This document shows, in pieces, positions 1 through 11,897 of a stretch of 64,000 nucleotides of DNA. The notes beneath the pieces are model-generated. The model did not search any database and was not told where the DNA came from. It saw only the letters and a list, made by a program, of their open reading frames with translations. The stretch spans positions 35,154,001 through 35,218,000 of the forward strand of contig OX597837.1 in assembly GCA_951406725.2 (NCBI GenBank). Direction: 5' to 3'. The stretch's first letter is position 1. Every line of letters begins with the position of its first letter. Both the position numbers and the translations under genes were made by a program. The stretch is from Octopus vulgaris. Its lineage: Eukaryota.

Positions 1-802
1 GACGCATCTATGGACATTGTGAAATGTAAGCAGATGACCCTGATAAAGACATTGTGAAATGCAAGAAAACAAGCCTTATATGAACATTGTGAAATGTAAG
101 ATAATCCTTATACCGACACAGTGAAATGTAAAAAGTGGACATTTAAAAACAGTGGAGGTGGGGGAGACCTTTATTTACGACAGGATGGTGGAATGTAGCA
201 AAGTCATATAATTTGTTTAGACAGTGAAATATATAAAAAGGGCTTTTAAGTATTTTACAGGCATGGGTAACATCTATAGAGCAGAAGCCCTTACAAGATA
301 TTGCTTTTTATCAATTGGGCAATTTCAAATAAAGAATAATTTTTAAAATACCATATTTAGATCACAGTACATAATATGTAACCCAAAGTAAGTTTATCAC
401 AGAAGGGCCTTAAGATTGGGTTACAAAATTTTGGTAAGAAGTAATAATGATTGTATTATCGTGACATTGTGAGTGTTTGCCACATGTGGATTGATTGCAA
501 GAGGGTACCCATGCCTGGTTGTGTAGGTACCACGAGATGTAATTAGATGACCCTTATGTGAACACAGCAAAAAATAATAAGGGAGGATTTGTTTGTTTTT
601 TTTAAAAGTGAAAGTAGAATTTAGACAGTAAACAGTTGAAGACTTGGAATATATAGAGACCATACATACAGGTATGGAGACGGTGAAATGCTTGTAGAGA
701 ACCAGAGTCTTGTGGAACATCATGAAATGCAAATAAAGGAGACTAAATGGACATGAGAAGAAACAAATAAGATGAAGGCAATATGAAACAGGAAGTAATT
801 TA

Positions 803-1280
803 GCCGTTTTTGTTACCAGATTTCTGCTGAAATACACTACCTTTGTTCCAATTGATTTTGAAAATAATAAAGAATTTCATAAAGCAACTGTCATAATGAA
901 GCTGGCGTTTGTAACAAGAATTAACATGCAACTTTAATGGAAGATTCTAATTTAGATCACTTTAACCCTTTTGTTACCATATATGTTTCAATTCATTTTG
1001 AAGATAATGAAGAACTTAGTAAAGCAATGGTCATTATTAAGCTGGTGTTTGGAAAGTAAATTAACAGGAAATTCTAATGGAAAATTCTAGTTGGGATCAC
1101 TTTAACCCTTTTGTTACCATATATCTGTTGAAATACACTGCCTTTGTCTTGATGAATTTTGAAAATAATGAAGAATTTCGTAAAATAATTTTGTTATTAA
1201 TTTGGTGTTTGGATCATAATTAACATGATATTTTGAAGGAAGGTTTTAATTAAGATAATTTTTATCTTTTGTTACCATAT
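803..1280 (+). repeat. AT-rich ~140-bp tandem repeat family
   Basis: About 3.5 units of ttaacccttttgttaccatat...aagctggtgtttgg...gatcact. Resumes at ~1670-1830; further copies at ~33950-34200 and ~35090-35600 (partly inverted). Confidence 0.75.
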
Positions 1281-1668
1281 TGGCATTGAAAGCTACACCA
1301 ATGCCAGAACAGGATGACACTGCATAGTGCCAAAGATCCCAGCAATGCCATTGCGCTTCAGGACCAGTTACTGCAACAGCCTGGGTTTCAAGGGCCTACA
1401 GTTTTTTTAATATTCTCCCAAAGAGTCTGAGGAACCTGCACAAAGTAGATGTAGGCATTTTTAAATCAAAGCTGGACCTCTTCCTGTCGAGAGTCCCAGA
1501 TGAACCTACATCAAGGCAAGAGGTGCAAATGTGGGTAGCTATATCAAACTCAATGCTTCACCAAGTGTGCCATATTGGAGGAGGCTCTCAGTAATAACAG
1601 TGTAGGAAAATGGCGGTGCATCAGCATGGCCACAGCTCTGAGCTGAAACTACAGAGAAAAATAAAAAT
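1281..1668 (+). mobile_element. 5'-truncated LINE (CR1-group) 3' end
   Basis: Degenerate ORF2 C-terminus ...NSLGFKGLQ.FNILPKSLRNLHKVDVGIFKSKLDLFLSRVPDEP. 3' end GGCGGTGCATCAGCATGGCCACAGCTCTGAGCTGAAAC plus A-rich tail. Interrupts the AT-rich tandem repeat. Confidence 0.75.
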
Positions 1669-1832
1669 ATTTCTGTTATTTGCTTCAATTAATTTTGGAA
1701 AATAAGGGATTTAGTAAAATAACTTTGCCATCAAAATTTTATGTTAACTTATGTTCCAATCACCAGCTGGTGTTTGAAACATAAATTAAAATGAAATTTT
1801 GATGGGAAAGTTTTTAATCAAAATCATTTTAA

Positions 1833-2067
1833 CCCCTTGCAGACAGATTTAGTACTGACAGTCCATGCTGTGTATATGGTATTAGGTCATTCAGTAACTA
1901 CATAATTTTCCACATAAGGAATTTTACAGTGTATTTACAAATAGGGTGGTCTATTTGAAAACACGGTGCCACACAGAGCAAGACATCACACTGCTCCCAA
2001 TCACAGTGTTTCGATGCAGTCAGAACCTCTTCTCACCTGCAATCATCTCTCTTGCACCTGCAAGGGG
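1833..2067. mobile_element. piggyBac-type MITE
   Basis: TTAA|CCCCTTGCAG ... CTGCAAGGGG|TTAA: TIRs starting with CCC and a TTAA target duplication. Confidence 0.75.
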
Positions 2068-2233
2068 TTAAACAAGAAATTTTTGTCAGTCTCAGGCAGG
2101 TTGGTATGAAAAGGGTTAATTACTTGAGTAGATGCTTAGAGATGTATGAAGCAAATATTTAAAGGGACACAGTAGCAATGTGAAGAGAAGACAGTAAAAA
2201 GGACAGTATGGAATTCAAAGAGAAGATACTTAC

Positions 2234-2368
2234 TTAAGAGGCCCCATCCTCATGTAAGGGCCATAGGGACCGGGTTTGAACTTCTCTCGGTGTGAAGCAG
2301 CGACATACATGGTACCGTTAGTGACTTTGTCTGTGTGATCCACACGGTCACCATCCAAAGTGTACAAC
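2234..2368 (-). CDS. DCDC2: DCDC2-like gene, coding exon, C-half of second DCX domain
   Basis: Acceptor ttctccattccag|G, donor TAA|gtaagt. 135 nt, phase 2 to 2. (R)LYTLDGDRVDHTDKVTNGTMYVAASHREKFKPGPYGPYMRMGPL carries the DCX signature RLYTLDG...YVA...EKFK...Y. Confidence 0.92.
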
Positions 2369-2409
2369 CTGGAATGGAGAATAACAGAGGAGAATAACAA
2401 AAAGGGGAT

Positions 2410-2830
2410 TCTTTTTTCTTTTTTTACTTGTTTCAGTCATTTGACTGTGGCCATGCTGGAGCACCGCCTTTAGTCCAGCAAATCGACCCCAGGACATATT
2501 CTTTGTAAGCCTAGTACTTAGCAGTTCGGCAAAAGAGACCGATAGAATAAGTTACAGGGACGTAAACACACCAGCATTGGTTGTCAAGCGATGCTGGGGG
2601 GAACAAACACAGACACTCAAACATATACACACACACATACACATATATATATACACATACATATATACGACAGGCTTCTTTCAGTTTCCGTCTACCAAAT
2701 CCACTCTCAAGGCTTTGGTCAGCCCAAGGCTATAGTAGAAGACACTTGCCCAAGGTGCCATGCAGTGGGATTGAACCAGAACCTTGTGGTTTGTAAGCAA
2801 GCTACTTACCACACAGCCACTGCTGCGCCT
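2410..2830 (-). mobile_element. tRNA-derived SINE family A
   Basis: Reverse copy with A/B-box head, internal TA/TG microsatellite and tail GACTGAAACAAGTAAAA. Confidence 0.85.
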
Positions 2831-4014
2831 ATGTTCAATGTCACACTGAATCTCATCATTGGTCTCTCTCTCTCTCTCTCACTCTCTCTCTCAAATCCTT
2901 TTACTTGTTTCAGTCATTAGTCTGTGGCCATGCTGGGGCATCACCTTGAAGAATTTTAGTCAAATGAATCACCCCCACCAGTATTATCTTTTTGTTTTTG
3001 GATTTTAGTTTGGTACTTATTTCTATGGGTCTCTTGTGCCGAGATGCAAACACACCAACACCGGTTATCAAGCAGAGGTGGGGGACACAAAGACACACAT
3101 GCATGAGGCAAACTCTCAGTTTCAGCTTCAATAAAAAATTGTGTGTGTGTTTGTGAGCTTAGCTGTTATAAACTGTAAATTATAAACTGTAAACACATCC
3201 ACTTCTATATTTCTGTTAAGCAGAAAAAAAGAGATGAGAAACGTTTTCCAAGAACCTGTTTCCTAATGTGTTGACCACTCCTCAGGTAAAACGAATCCAA
3301 TCTACTTCTGTAATAAACAGCAGAGAATATTCAACTGCTATGTAAAGCAGTGGGTAACTGAAATACAACCATGCCGGAGCTTAATTTATATGTGTTTTAC
3401 TTTAGAAAGCTTGTTATTAATTAAACAACATCGTTTCTCACGATTTGTAGCATTACTTTGGCATTATTTTTGTGAGAACCAGCCTTCACCAGTTCTGTCT
3501 ATGTCTACCTTGGTTTTCTTCTTCCACAGTTTCCTAACAACTTGGATCTCCTGACACTTCTTCACCCATATCATTATCCATATGCAGTACATGCCTGTAC
3601 TGAAGCAATCATCTCTCTTGCACGCTCCATCTGATTCCTCTTAAACCAAGTTTATTTTTCCAGCAGAAACTGAAAAAAGGCCTGGTGTGTATGTGTGTGT
3701 GAGCCTTTGTCTTGACATCACATGATGATTGCAAGTGAGCATCACCAACATACAAATGATGCTGTTCATTTCCAGTCTTGCACGAAAAACATGTCTGGCC
3801 ATGAGGGAAACCGGTGAGGTTTGATGACAGGAAGGACATTCAGCTGCAGAAAATCTGTCTCCATAAATTTTTGTCTGAGCCATGTAAGCATAGAAAAGTG
3901 GACATTAAATGGTGGCGGTGATGATGATGATAATAATCTTATATACACATTTGTATGTATGTATGCATAAATATATTTGGAGATTGCAGGTTCAATAGAG
4001 AGGGGGGAACTTAC

Positions 4015-4149
4015 CGTTCTGGAAAGCCACCCTGGGGTAAATCAACTTTGATGCCAACTGAATGCATGACTGTATCCATGGACGTCTGTTCTGTTTGGTT
4101 TAGAACAATAATGGATGGTGGTAGAAAGAACTGGCCATTAGGAAACACT
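4015..4149 (-). CDS. DCDC2: DCDC2-like gene, coding exon, N-half of second DCX domain
   Basis: Acceptor tttcttgttaccag|A, donor ACG|gtaagt. 135 nt, phase 2 to 2. VFPNGQFFLPPSIIVLNQTEQTSMDTVMHSVGIKVDLPQGGFPE(R), aligns to DCX2 LIANGDLINPASRLLI...ITLRSGAVHR. Confidence 0.9.
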
Positions 4150-4209
4150 CTGGTAACAAGAAACAAGAAATGAAGAATTAACATTTTGGGAGACAGAACA
4201 CTTACAAAT

Positions 4210-4355
4210 GTTGAAGAATCACATTGAAGAATCTAGCTTGAAGAATCACATTGAAGAATCTAGCTTGAAGAATCACATTGAAGAATCTAGCTTGAAGAAT
4301 CACATTAAAGAATCTAGCTTGAAGAATCACATTGAAGAATCTAGGTTGAAGAATC
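4210..4355 (+). repeat. 27-bp tandem repeat, ~5 copies
   Basis: ttgaagaatcacattgaagaatctagc repeated; source of the LKNHIEESS ORF. Confidence 0.9.
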
Positions 4356-4379
4356 AGATCAAATGGGGCTGGTTTTTAT

Positions 4380-4912
4380 TACAGAGAAGACCTGTCAAGC
4401 CAAGCGAAATTGTAGTGGTGACCGACGCCAGTGTCACATAACTGACACCTGTGCCAGAGGCACATAAACAGCATCTTTGAACTTAGGGCCTCACGGAGGC
4501 AGCGAGAAGTGATTGAGACTCTTAGCAATGTCCCATGCATGAGAAGACTCGTCAAACCAAGTGATTTTGTAGTTGTGGCTGATGCCGGTGGCACGTAAAA
4601 ATCACCCGTCAAACTTTGGGCCTCTCAGAGACAGTGAGAAGTGACCGAGATCTTTGGCAATATGCCACGCTTAAGAAGACCAGTCAAGCCAAGTGAGAAT
4701 GTAGTTGTGACTGATGCCAGTGTTTTTACAACTGGCACCTGTGCCGGTGACATGTAAAAAGCACCCACTACACTCTTGGAGTGGTTGGCATTAGGGAGGT
4801 CATCCAGCTGTAGAAATCAAGCCAAATCAGATTGGAACCTGGTGCAGCTCTCCAGGTTACCAGTTTCAATCCAACCCATGCCAGCATGGAAAATGGACAT
4901 TAAACGATGATG
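4380..4912 (+). mobile_element. Non-autonomous retroelement family C with (GAT)n tail and internal ~150-bp repeats
   Basis: gaagacctgtcaagccaagtgaa units, then gagtggttggcattagggaggtcatccagctgtagaaa...catggaaaatggacattaaacgatgatg. Confidence 0.7.
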
Positions 4913-5672
4913 AAGAGGAGGAGGAACAATGAAAATGGTGAATATAAAGGTTGATTAAGTACCAAATGTTAGGTGTAGTAGTTTAGGTGATGGACAAAAG
5001 TTCAATCTTTCAGAGAGTCAGACACTATGCTGGTTTAAACCTTTAGCATTTAAACTGGCCACATTAGGCCAAAATATTTATTTTATTTAATTCAATTTTA
5101 CAGAAAAGAAAAGACAAAGACAGGCATGGGAACAACAAGCAGATATATTAGTCTGATGCTCGGGAAGAATGGATGGAAAAGTCTTCGATGTTTCGAGCCT
5201 ATGCTCTTAAACAGAAAGGATTGAGGGGAAAAATAATGGAGAGAGAAAGAAAAAGCAGAGAGAGAAAAAAAATGTGTAGGGATTGACGGTTTAACATGAT
5301 GAAAATTCATTGACTGCTTTCCCCTAAAACTGCTGGCCTTGTGCTAAAATTTGAAACCACTGAAGGCGATGAGTGGACAGAATTGTTTCTACCCAGGTTG
5401 ATTTTTGCCTTTCCTTCTTTTGGGGTTGATAAAATAAATATCAGTGGAGCCCTGGGGCTGGGGGGCAATCGACTTCCTTCTCTTAAATTTGTTGGTCTTG
5501 AGCCAAATTTAGAAAAAAAAGATTTTTTTTTTATTGACAAGCACATGATGATGGCTAAAAGGCATAATATCCCATACATGATAATAACAGCCAACATGAA
5601 AACACTAGTCTGAATGCATCAGTGTATTATCATGCTTTCACATCTGTTTTCCTATGCTAGCATGGGTTAGAT

Positions 5673-5930
5673 CGGTGTTTCTCAACCATTTCTTCCCTCT
5701 GGATCCCTTTGATTCCTATTTTACTCAGGTGGACCCTCACAGCCAGTCCATGATTAACAAAATCCTATTATATTTTTTATAATTAAATATTATTAGGAAT
5801 TGTATAAAAATAATTGCTAAAATATTTTGTGCATCATAAAAGTACAACCAATTCAATTGCACATAAATTTTAACAAGAAAATCTTATATGGAGCCCCAAG
5901 GGTCATGTCAACCCTGGTTAAGAAATACTG
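5673..5930. mobile_element. hAT-type MITE
   Basis: Termini cggtgtttctcaacc / ggttaagaaatactg. A related copy in opposite orientation lies at ~19046-19450. Confidence 0.55.
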
Positions 5931-6104
5931 AGGTAGATGAATATATTACTAAGGCAGTGTTTTGTAGCTGTATCCCCTTCCTGTTGCTAACCCTTATCTG
6001 TTTTTCAAGTAAAGGATCTCTTTTTCCACATGTCTTCCAAGACAGCTGTGTATTTTTTTCAACTCTCCAACCATTCTATTAATCCCCCATCTTAACAACA
6101 ACAA

Positions 6105-6735
6105 CAATCCTTTCTACTATAGGAACAAGGCCTGGAATTTGTGGGGAAGGGGATAGTCGATCACTTAACTTCTACTTAATTTATCGACCCCGAAAGGATG
6201 AAAGACAAAGTCGACCTTGGCAGAATTTGAACTGAGAACATGAAGACAGACAAAATACTGCTAAGCATTTTGCCCAGCATGCTAACAATTCTGCCAGCTC
6301 ACTGCCTTATTAATAATAATGATTTCAAATTTGGGAGACTAAGTTATAATGGTCTCAGTGCTCAATTGGTACTTATTTTATCGACCCCAAAAGGCTGAAA
6401 GGCAAAGTTGACCTCAGCAGAATTTGAACTCAGACTGTAAAGACAGATGAAATGTAACAAAGCATTTTGCCCGTGCTAACGATTCTACCAACTCACTACC
6501 TTAATAATACTGATAACAATAATAAACCTTTCTATTAGAGGCACAAGGCCGGAAATTTCGGGGGAAGGGACTAATTGATTACATCGACCCTAGGGTTTCA
6601 CTGGTACTTGATTTATTGACCCCAAAAGGATGAAAAGGAAAGTCGACCTCAACAGAATTTGAACTCAGAACGTAAAGATGGATGAAATGCTGCTAAGCAT
6701 TAGGCCTGGCATGCTAATGATTCTGCCAGCTTGCC
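6105..6735 (-). mobile_element. Three tandem copies of SINE family B
   Basis: Repeated atcgaccccgaaaggatgaaaggcaaagtcgacc...gaatttgaactcagaac...ctgccagctc units separated by (AAT)n. Confidence 0.8.
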
Positions 6736-6807
6736 AATAATAATAATAATAATAATAATAACAATAATGACAAAAGACAACAGTTGAATATTCCCAAAGT
6801 TACTTAC

Positions 6808-6884
6808 ACAATTTTCTTGCTTTGGATATTAATTTTTTTCACTTTTCCTGAAACACGAAACTGACTGTGGGTCACTGGTTTTAT
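6808..6884 (-). CDS. DCDC2: DCDC2-like gene, coding exon homologous to exon 3 (linker)
   Basis: Acceptor ttttctcaccccaaatag|A, donor TGT|gtaagt. 77 nt, phase 0 to 2. IKPVTHSQFRVSGKVKKINIQSKKI(V) matches human VKPVIHSRINVSARFRKPLQEPCTI(F); the human exon is also 77 nt as I recall it. Confidence 0.9.
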
Positions 6885-7036
6885 CTATTTGGGGTGAGAA
6901 AAGAAAATATATATATAAACACATGTAACAGACATACAAATACATGCACCTTGTCATATGTGCGTGTGTGTGTGTATTGTACAGAAAAGATGTCTCCAAT
7001 AATCAAATGTATGCTTTTAGATGTACAAGTATTAAG

Positions 7037-7400
7037 TGTAGGCATGGCTGTGTGGTAAGACGTATGCTTCCCAACCATATGGTTTTAAGTTCAATTCCAC
7101 TGTGTGGCACCTTGGATAAGTGTTTTCTGCCTTGGGCCAACCACGGCCTTGTGAGCGGATCTGATGGATGGAAACCGAAGGAAGCCTGTTGTATGTATGC
7201 ATGTGTTTGTTCCCCACTGCTGCTTGACAACCAGTGTTGGTGTCTTTACATCCTTGTAACTTAGCGGTTCAGCAGAAAAGACTGATTGAATAAGTATCAG
7301 GCTTTACAGAAAAGTAACAAGTATTGGGGTCAATTCGTTTGACTAAAATTCTTCAAGGCAGAGCTCCAGCATGACCACAGTCTAACGAGTGAAGACAGAT
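7037..7400 (+). mobile_element. SINE family A (diverged)
   Basis: taggcatggctgtgtggtaag...ggcaccttggataagtg...ccagcatgaccacagtc. Confidence 0.75.
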
Positions 7401-7427
7401 GCCTTATCTTTTATATTTTTAAGAGGT

Positions 7428-7790
7428 ACTAGCACTATGACCCAGCAACGCCAGGTCATAGTGCTAGTACATGCATATACAACTGTGTGCGTGCACACAT
7501 ACACGCGAGTACTGTCCAAATCTCCGACCAATCGCATACAGCTAGCTGGCATTCAATTGGCGTATCAAGTTTCGGACATTTTGATTGGGTTTTGGATAGA
7601 AAATTCACAAAAAAGTCACTTCTATTGATTTTTTAATGGCTTTGCGGGGTGACTGGGGAAATGTAAAGATGTGCACGACCACCCTTGGACGGTTTTGAAT
7701 GACCATAGAAAGTGCGAGCCCTCTAACTGAAAAATTGTGGATTTGTATAAAGGACACACACGCAGACATTTTGCCGTTTATATATATAGA
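7428..7790 (-). mobile_element. Non-autonomous Helitron
   Basis: Minus strand starts TCTATATATATAAACGGC... and ends in hairpin TGACCTGGC-GTT-GCTGGGTCA followed by CTAG|T. Confidence 0.6.
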
Positions 7791-8235
7791 GAGATTCATA
7801 CTAGTAGAAAGTTCCAGTAAGTTAAATTAGCAGAATAAGTATTTGTGAACACAAAGACTGGATGCATGGATGGGAGAAAAAATATTTATACCTGTAAGCA
7901 CAAAACTGCTTGTATGTCAAAGTGTCAAAGTGAAGGTTTTGAATGACCCGTTTGTCTTTTTGTTCGTCCCTTCGTGTATTTCACGTTATTTATTTATGTA
8001 AAGGTTTATTATATACATGTGTATACTTGTGTATGCATAAAGGCATATAGAGACACAGGCATGGCTGTGTGATAAGAAGATTGCTTCCCAACCACATGGT
8101 TCCAGGTTCAGTCCAGCTGCATGGTGCCTTGAACAAGTGTCTTCTACGATAGCTTCAGGTTGACCAAAACCTTGTGAGTGGATTTGGCAGACAAAAGCTG
8201 AAAGAAGGCCATCATATATATATACATAGAGATAG

Positions 8236-8995
8236 CACCCAGTCCACACTGCAGAGTTGGTTGGCATTCAGAAGGGCATCCAGCTGTAAAAACCTTCCCA
8301 AAACTGACCTCGCCTGTGCTTGTGCCACGTAAAAAGCACTAAGTCCACTCTGCTGAGTGGTTGGTGTTCAGAAGGGCATCCAGCTGTAAAAACCTTCCCA
8401 AAACTGACCTCGCCTGTGCTTGTGCCATGTGAGAAGCACTAAGTCCACTCTGCTGAGTGGTTGGTGTTAGGAAGGGCATCCAGCTGTAAAAACCTTCCCA
8501 AAACTGACCTCGCCTGTGCTTGTGCCACGTAAAAAGCACTAAGTCCACTCTGCTGAGTGGTTGGTGTTAGGAAGGGCATCCAGCTGTAAAAACCTTGCCA
8601 AAACTGACCTTGCCTGTGCTTGTGCCACACAAAAAGCACTAAGTCCACTCTGTTGAGTGGTAGGTGCTAGGAAGGGCATCCAGCTGTAAAAACCTTCCCA
8701 AAACTGACCTCGCCTGTGCTTGTGCCACGTAAAAAGCACTAAGTCCACTCTGCTGAGTGGTTGGTGTTAGGAAGGGCATCCAGCTGTAAAAACCTTCCCA
8801 AAACTGACCTCGCCTGTGCTTGTGCCACGTAAAAGCACTAAGTCCACTCTGCTGAATGGTTGGTGTTAGGAAGGGCATCCAGCTGTAAAAACCTTGCCAA
8901 AACTGACCTTGCCTGTGCTTGTGCCACACAAAAAGCACTAAGTCCATTCTGCTGAATGGTTGGTGTTAGGAAGGGCATCTAGCTGTAAAAATCCT
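8236..8995 (+). repeat. 100-bp tandem minisatellite, ~7.5 copies, derived from retroelement family C
   Basis: Unit gagtggttggtgttaggaagggcatccagctgtaaaaaccttcccaaaactgacc...aagtccactct. Continues into the family C 3' end and (GAT)n tail at ~9100. Confidence 0.9.
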
Positions 8996-9660
8996 GCCAA
9001 ATCAGTCACAGAAATCTGGTGCAGGCTTCTGCCTGGCCGGCTCTTGTGAAACCATCCCATCCATGCTAGTATGGAAGGCAGATGTTAAACAATGATGATA
9101 TATATATATTTATAATAATAATAATATTAGGGAGTAAATCTAAACTTACAGGGAAAAATTAGATTTAGGATTATTTTGTATATTATATTAATTAATTTTA
9201 TTTCTATGTTTTGGTTTATGTTTTTCACCGTTTGATTTGCCTAATAGTGGTTTTATCTCTAATTTAATTTATATATATATATATATATATATGGCAAATG
9301 AAAGACAGAAGATGGAATATATGAGAATTTGCTATTAATCACGACAATTGTTTTGACACATCTAACACTGATCCCTCATGGGTGGGACACTCAACAACTG
9401 GTTCAGGGGCATCCAGTGGTGCAGATGTATCTCGCCGGGTGATAAATAATTACAACTCGTTAAAATAATTATTCCGCAATGTGACTTCCCGTTTTGTAGA
9501 AAGAAAAGCAGCCAGACTGAGAAAATATCTTCATTTATATAGAGATACATCTGCACCACCGGATGCTCCTGAATCAGTTGTTGAGTGTCCCACCCAAGAG
9601 GAATTTATGCTAGATGTGTCGAAACAATTGCCGTGATTAATAATAAATTCTCGTATATGC

Positions 9661-9995
9661 CATCATCATCATCATCATCATCATCATTTAGCGTCCGTTT
9701 TCCATGCTAGCATGGGTTGGACGGTTCTACTGGGGTCTGTGAAGCTGGAAGGCTTCGTCAGGCCCAGTCAGATCTGGCAGTGTTTCTACGGCTGGATGCC
9801 CTTCCTAACGCCAACCACTCCGCGAGTGTAGTGGGTGCTTTTTACGTGCCACCTGCACAGGTGCCAGACAGAGCTGGCAAACGGCCACGAACGGATGGTG
9901 CTTTTATGTGTCACCAGCACGGGGGCCAGGCGAGGCTGGCAACGGACACGAACGGATGGTGCTTTTACGTGCCACCGACACGGGGGCCAGACATT
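9661..9995 (-). mobile_element. Retroelement family C, young copy
   Basis: (CAT)n tail then ttagcgtccgttttccatgctagcatggg...; closely similar to the copy starting at 54860. Confidence 0.8.
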
Positions 9996-10109
9996 TCCCA
10001 TATATATATATGTCATCATTTATATAGAAGATCAAAAATAAAAAAAGAGAAACTAACACACAATCCAGTGAGAAAAGTGTGTGTGTATATATATAGAGAG
10101 AGACCCCCT

Positions 10110-10434
10110 CAGTCACGACACAGACCATGGGATTGCACCTAGAAAGTTACCCTCTTAGACACAAGTCCGGGCGAGGTTGTTTTATGGAAGACCAGCAATC
10201 GCCCATGCATACCGGCCTCCGCTCTGCATGCCACCAGTGTTATCCAAGGGAAAGACAAAGGTCGATACAGCTTGGCACCAGTGACGTCGCAACTCATTTC
10301 TACAGCTGAGTGAACTGGAGCAATGTGAAATAAAGTGCCTTGCTCAAGAACACAACACGCAGCCCGGTCCGGGATTTGAGCTTACAACCTCACGATCATA
10401 AGCTTGATGCTCTAACCACTGAGCATTGCACCTT

Positions 10435-10435
<1 letters not shown>
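10110..10435 (-). mobile_element. tRNA-derived SINE family D
   Basis: Minus head ggtgcaatgctcagtggttagagc...gctcaaatccc, then gtgttcttgagcaaggcactttatttcac. Related heads at ~16240 (+), ~46447 (-) and ~56306 (-). Confidence 0.7.
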
Positions 10436-10476
<41 letters not shown>

Positions 10477-10779
10477 TCATTGAGCCAAGTGAAATCGTAG
10501 CCGTGGTCGATGCCAGCATGATGTAATTGGCACCAGTGCTGGCAGCACATGAAAGCACCCATGCCAGTGATACATAAAGAGCACCTGTTACACTTTTGGA
10601 GTGGTTGGCGTTAGGAACGGTATCCAGCTGTAGGGACCATGCCAAAGAAGACTGGAACCTGGTGCAGCTCTCCAGCGTACCTGTTCCAGTCTAACCCCCT
10701 AACCTATGCCAGCATGGATGTGGACATTAAATGATGATGATATATGTGTGTATGTATGTGTGCATGTGTGTATACTAAT

Positions 10780-11027
10780 CATATCTGTCAGGCATGTGGA
10801 AGAGAGTGTAATTCGGCAGGTGGACTTAAACGACATGCAAAGGTACATGAAGCCCTGTTCCAACTACAGCCGGCTATTACCAGTAAAGGTCTTAGTTGCC
10901 AGTTTTGTACAAGACATTGTAGATTTTTAGCTGGGATAAAAAGTCACATTCGATCACAGCACCAGTAACCGTTAACCTTCGTGCAATGACCATACTCGAT
11001 AACGAGGGGGCAGCCATAAAAAAAAAA

Positions 11028-11030
<3 letters not shown>
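10780..11030 (+). mobile_element. RTE-clade LINE 3' end with C-terminal C2H2-like fingers
   Basis: CQACGRECNSAGGLKRHAKVH...CQFCTRHCRFLAGIKSHIRSQH, stop, short 3'UTR and poly(A). 5'-truncated into a microsatellite. Confidence 0.6.
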
Positions 11031-11080
<50 letters not shown>

Positions 11081-11861
11081 GGAATATTATTCCAAATTTA
11101 CAGGGAAAAATTCAATTTAGAAATACTAAATCAAATTTCACAAAATATGATATATATTTATATATAAATTAGAAAAAAACACCTTTTATCAATTCAACAA
11201 TGAAAAAATTAAATTATATCATATAGAAAAAAAAATTACAGCTTATAGAAAATTAAATATAAAAACATATAGCAATGATAAAGTAATGTGCAAAATAATA
11301 AATAAAACGTATATATTTAGTATAATGACTATATATATTTGTATGGACTTAAAGATTGGTCACTATTTAGTATATAATTTAATTACTGTGGTTTTACTAT
11401 TAATACCAATACAGATGTACATAAATTTAAGTGTTTCTTGTAGTTTTAATTTTAAAGTTAGTGTTTTATCCTACCTATATTTAGATTGAATGAATGTGGT
11501 TATAAAGCTTTCACTTTTATTATATTATGGAAGACTGTAGGGAACAAAATGTATGACTTAAAGGTTTGGTTGCTGTTTAGTTACATATTTAGGAGTTGGT
11601 TATTGATTTACTTATTGAATTTATTTACCAATACTACTGTACATAGGATAAATGTGTTTGAAAATTGCTTCTTTGGTATGTTTGTTCCCAAACAATACTT
11701 ATTTTAGTGTTGTTGACATGGCCAGATTGAATGGTTACTGCCCATGTGTCGAAACCATAATGATATCCGTGGGGGGCAGCTGATGATGGGAGATATGTTG
11801 GATTGTTGGTATGGCTGTTTTTGTAGATGTGGAATAGTGTTATAACACATCCTTCTGATAC

Positions 11862-11897
<36 letters not shown>

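Noticed and set aside
1-800. Coding repeat (DIVKCK motifs) or the 138-aa ORF at 421-837
   Set aside because: A degenerate gacattgtgaaatg repeat with frameshifts and stops; no splice sites compatible with the gene.
7892-7985. Possible minus-strand exon ending AG|gtataa
   Set aside because: No acceptor with a pyrimidine tract, and a stop in the frame needed to join the 6884 exon.
8236-8995. CRISPR-like array
   Set aside because: Plain tandem units with no unique spacers, no cas genes, and a eukaryotic context.
10744-10968. C2H2 zinc-finger host gene
   Set aside because: No TGEKP linkers, 5'-truncated and followed directly by poly(A); fits an RTE LINE C-terminus.
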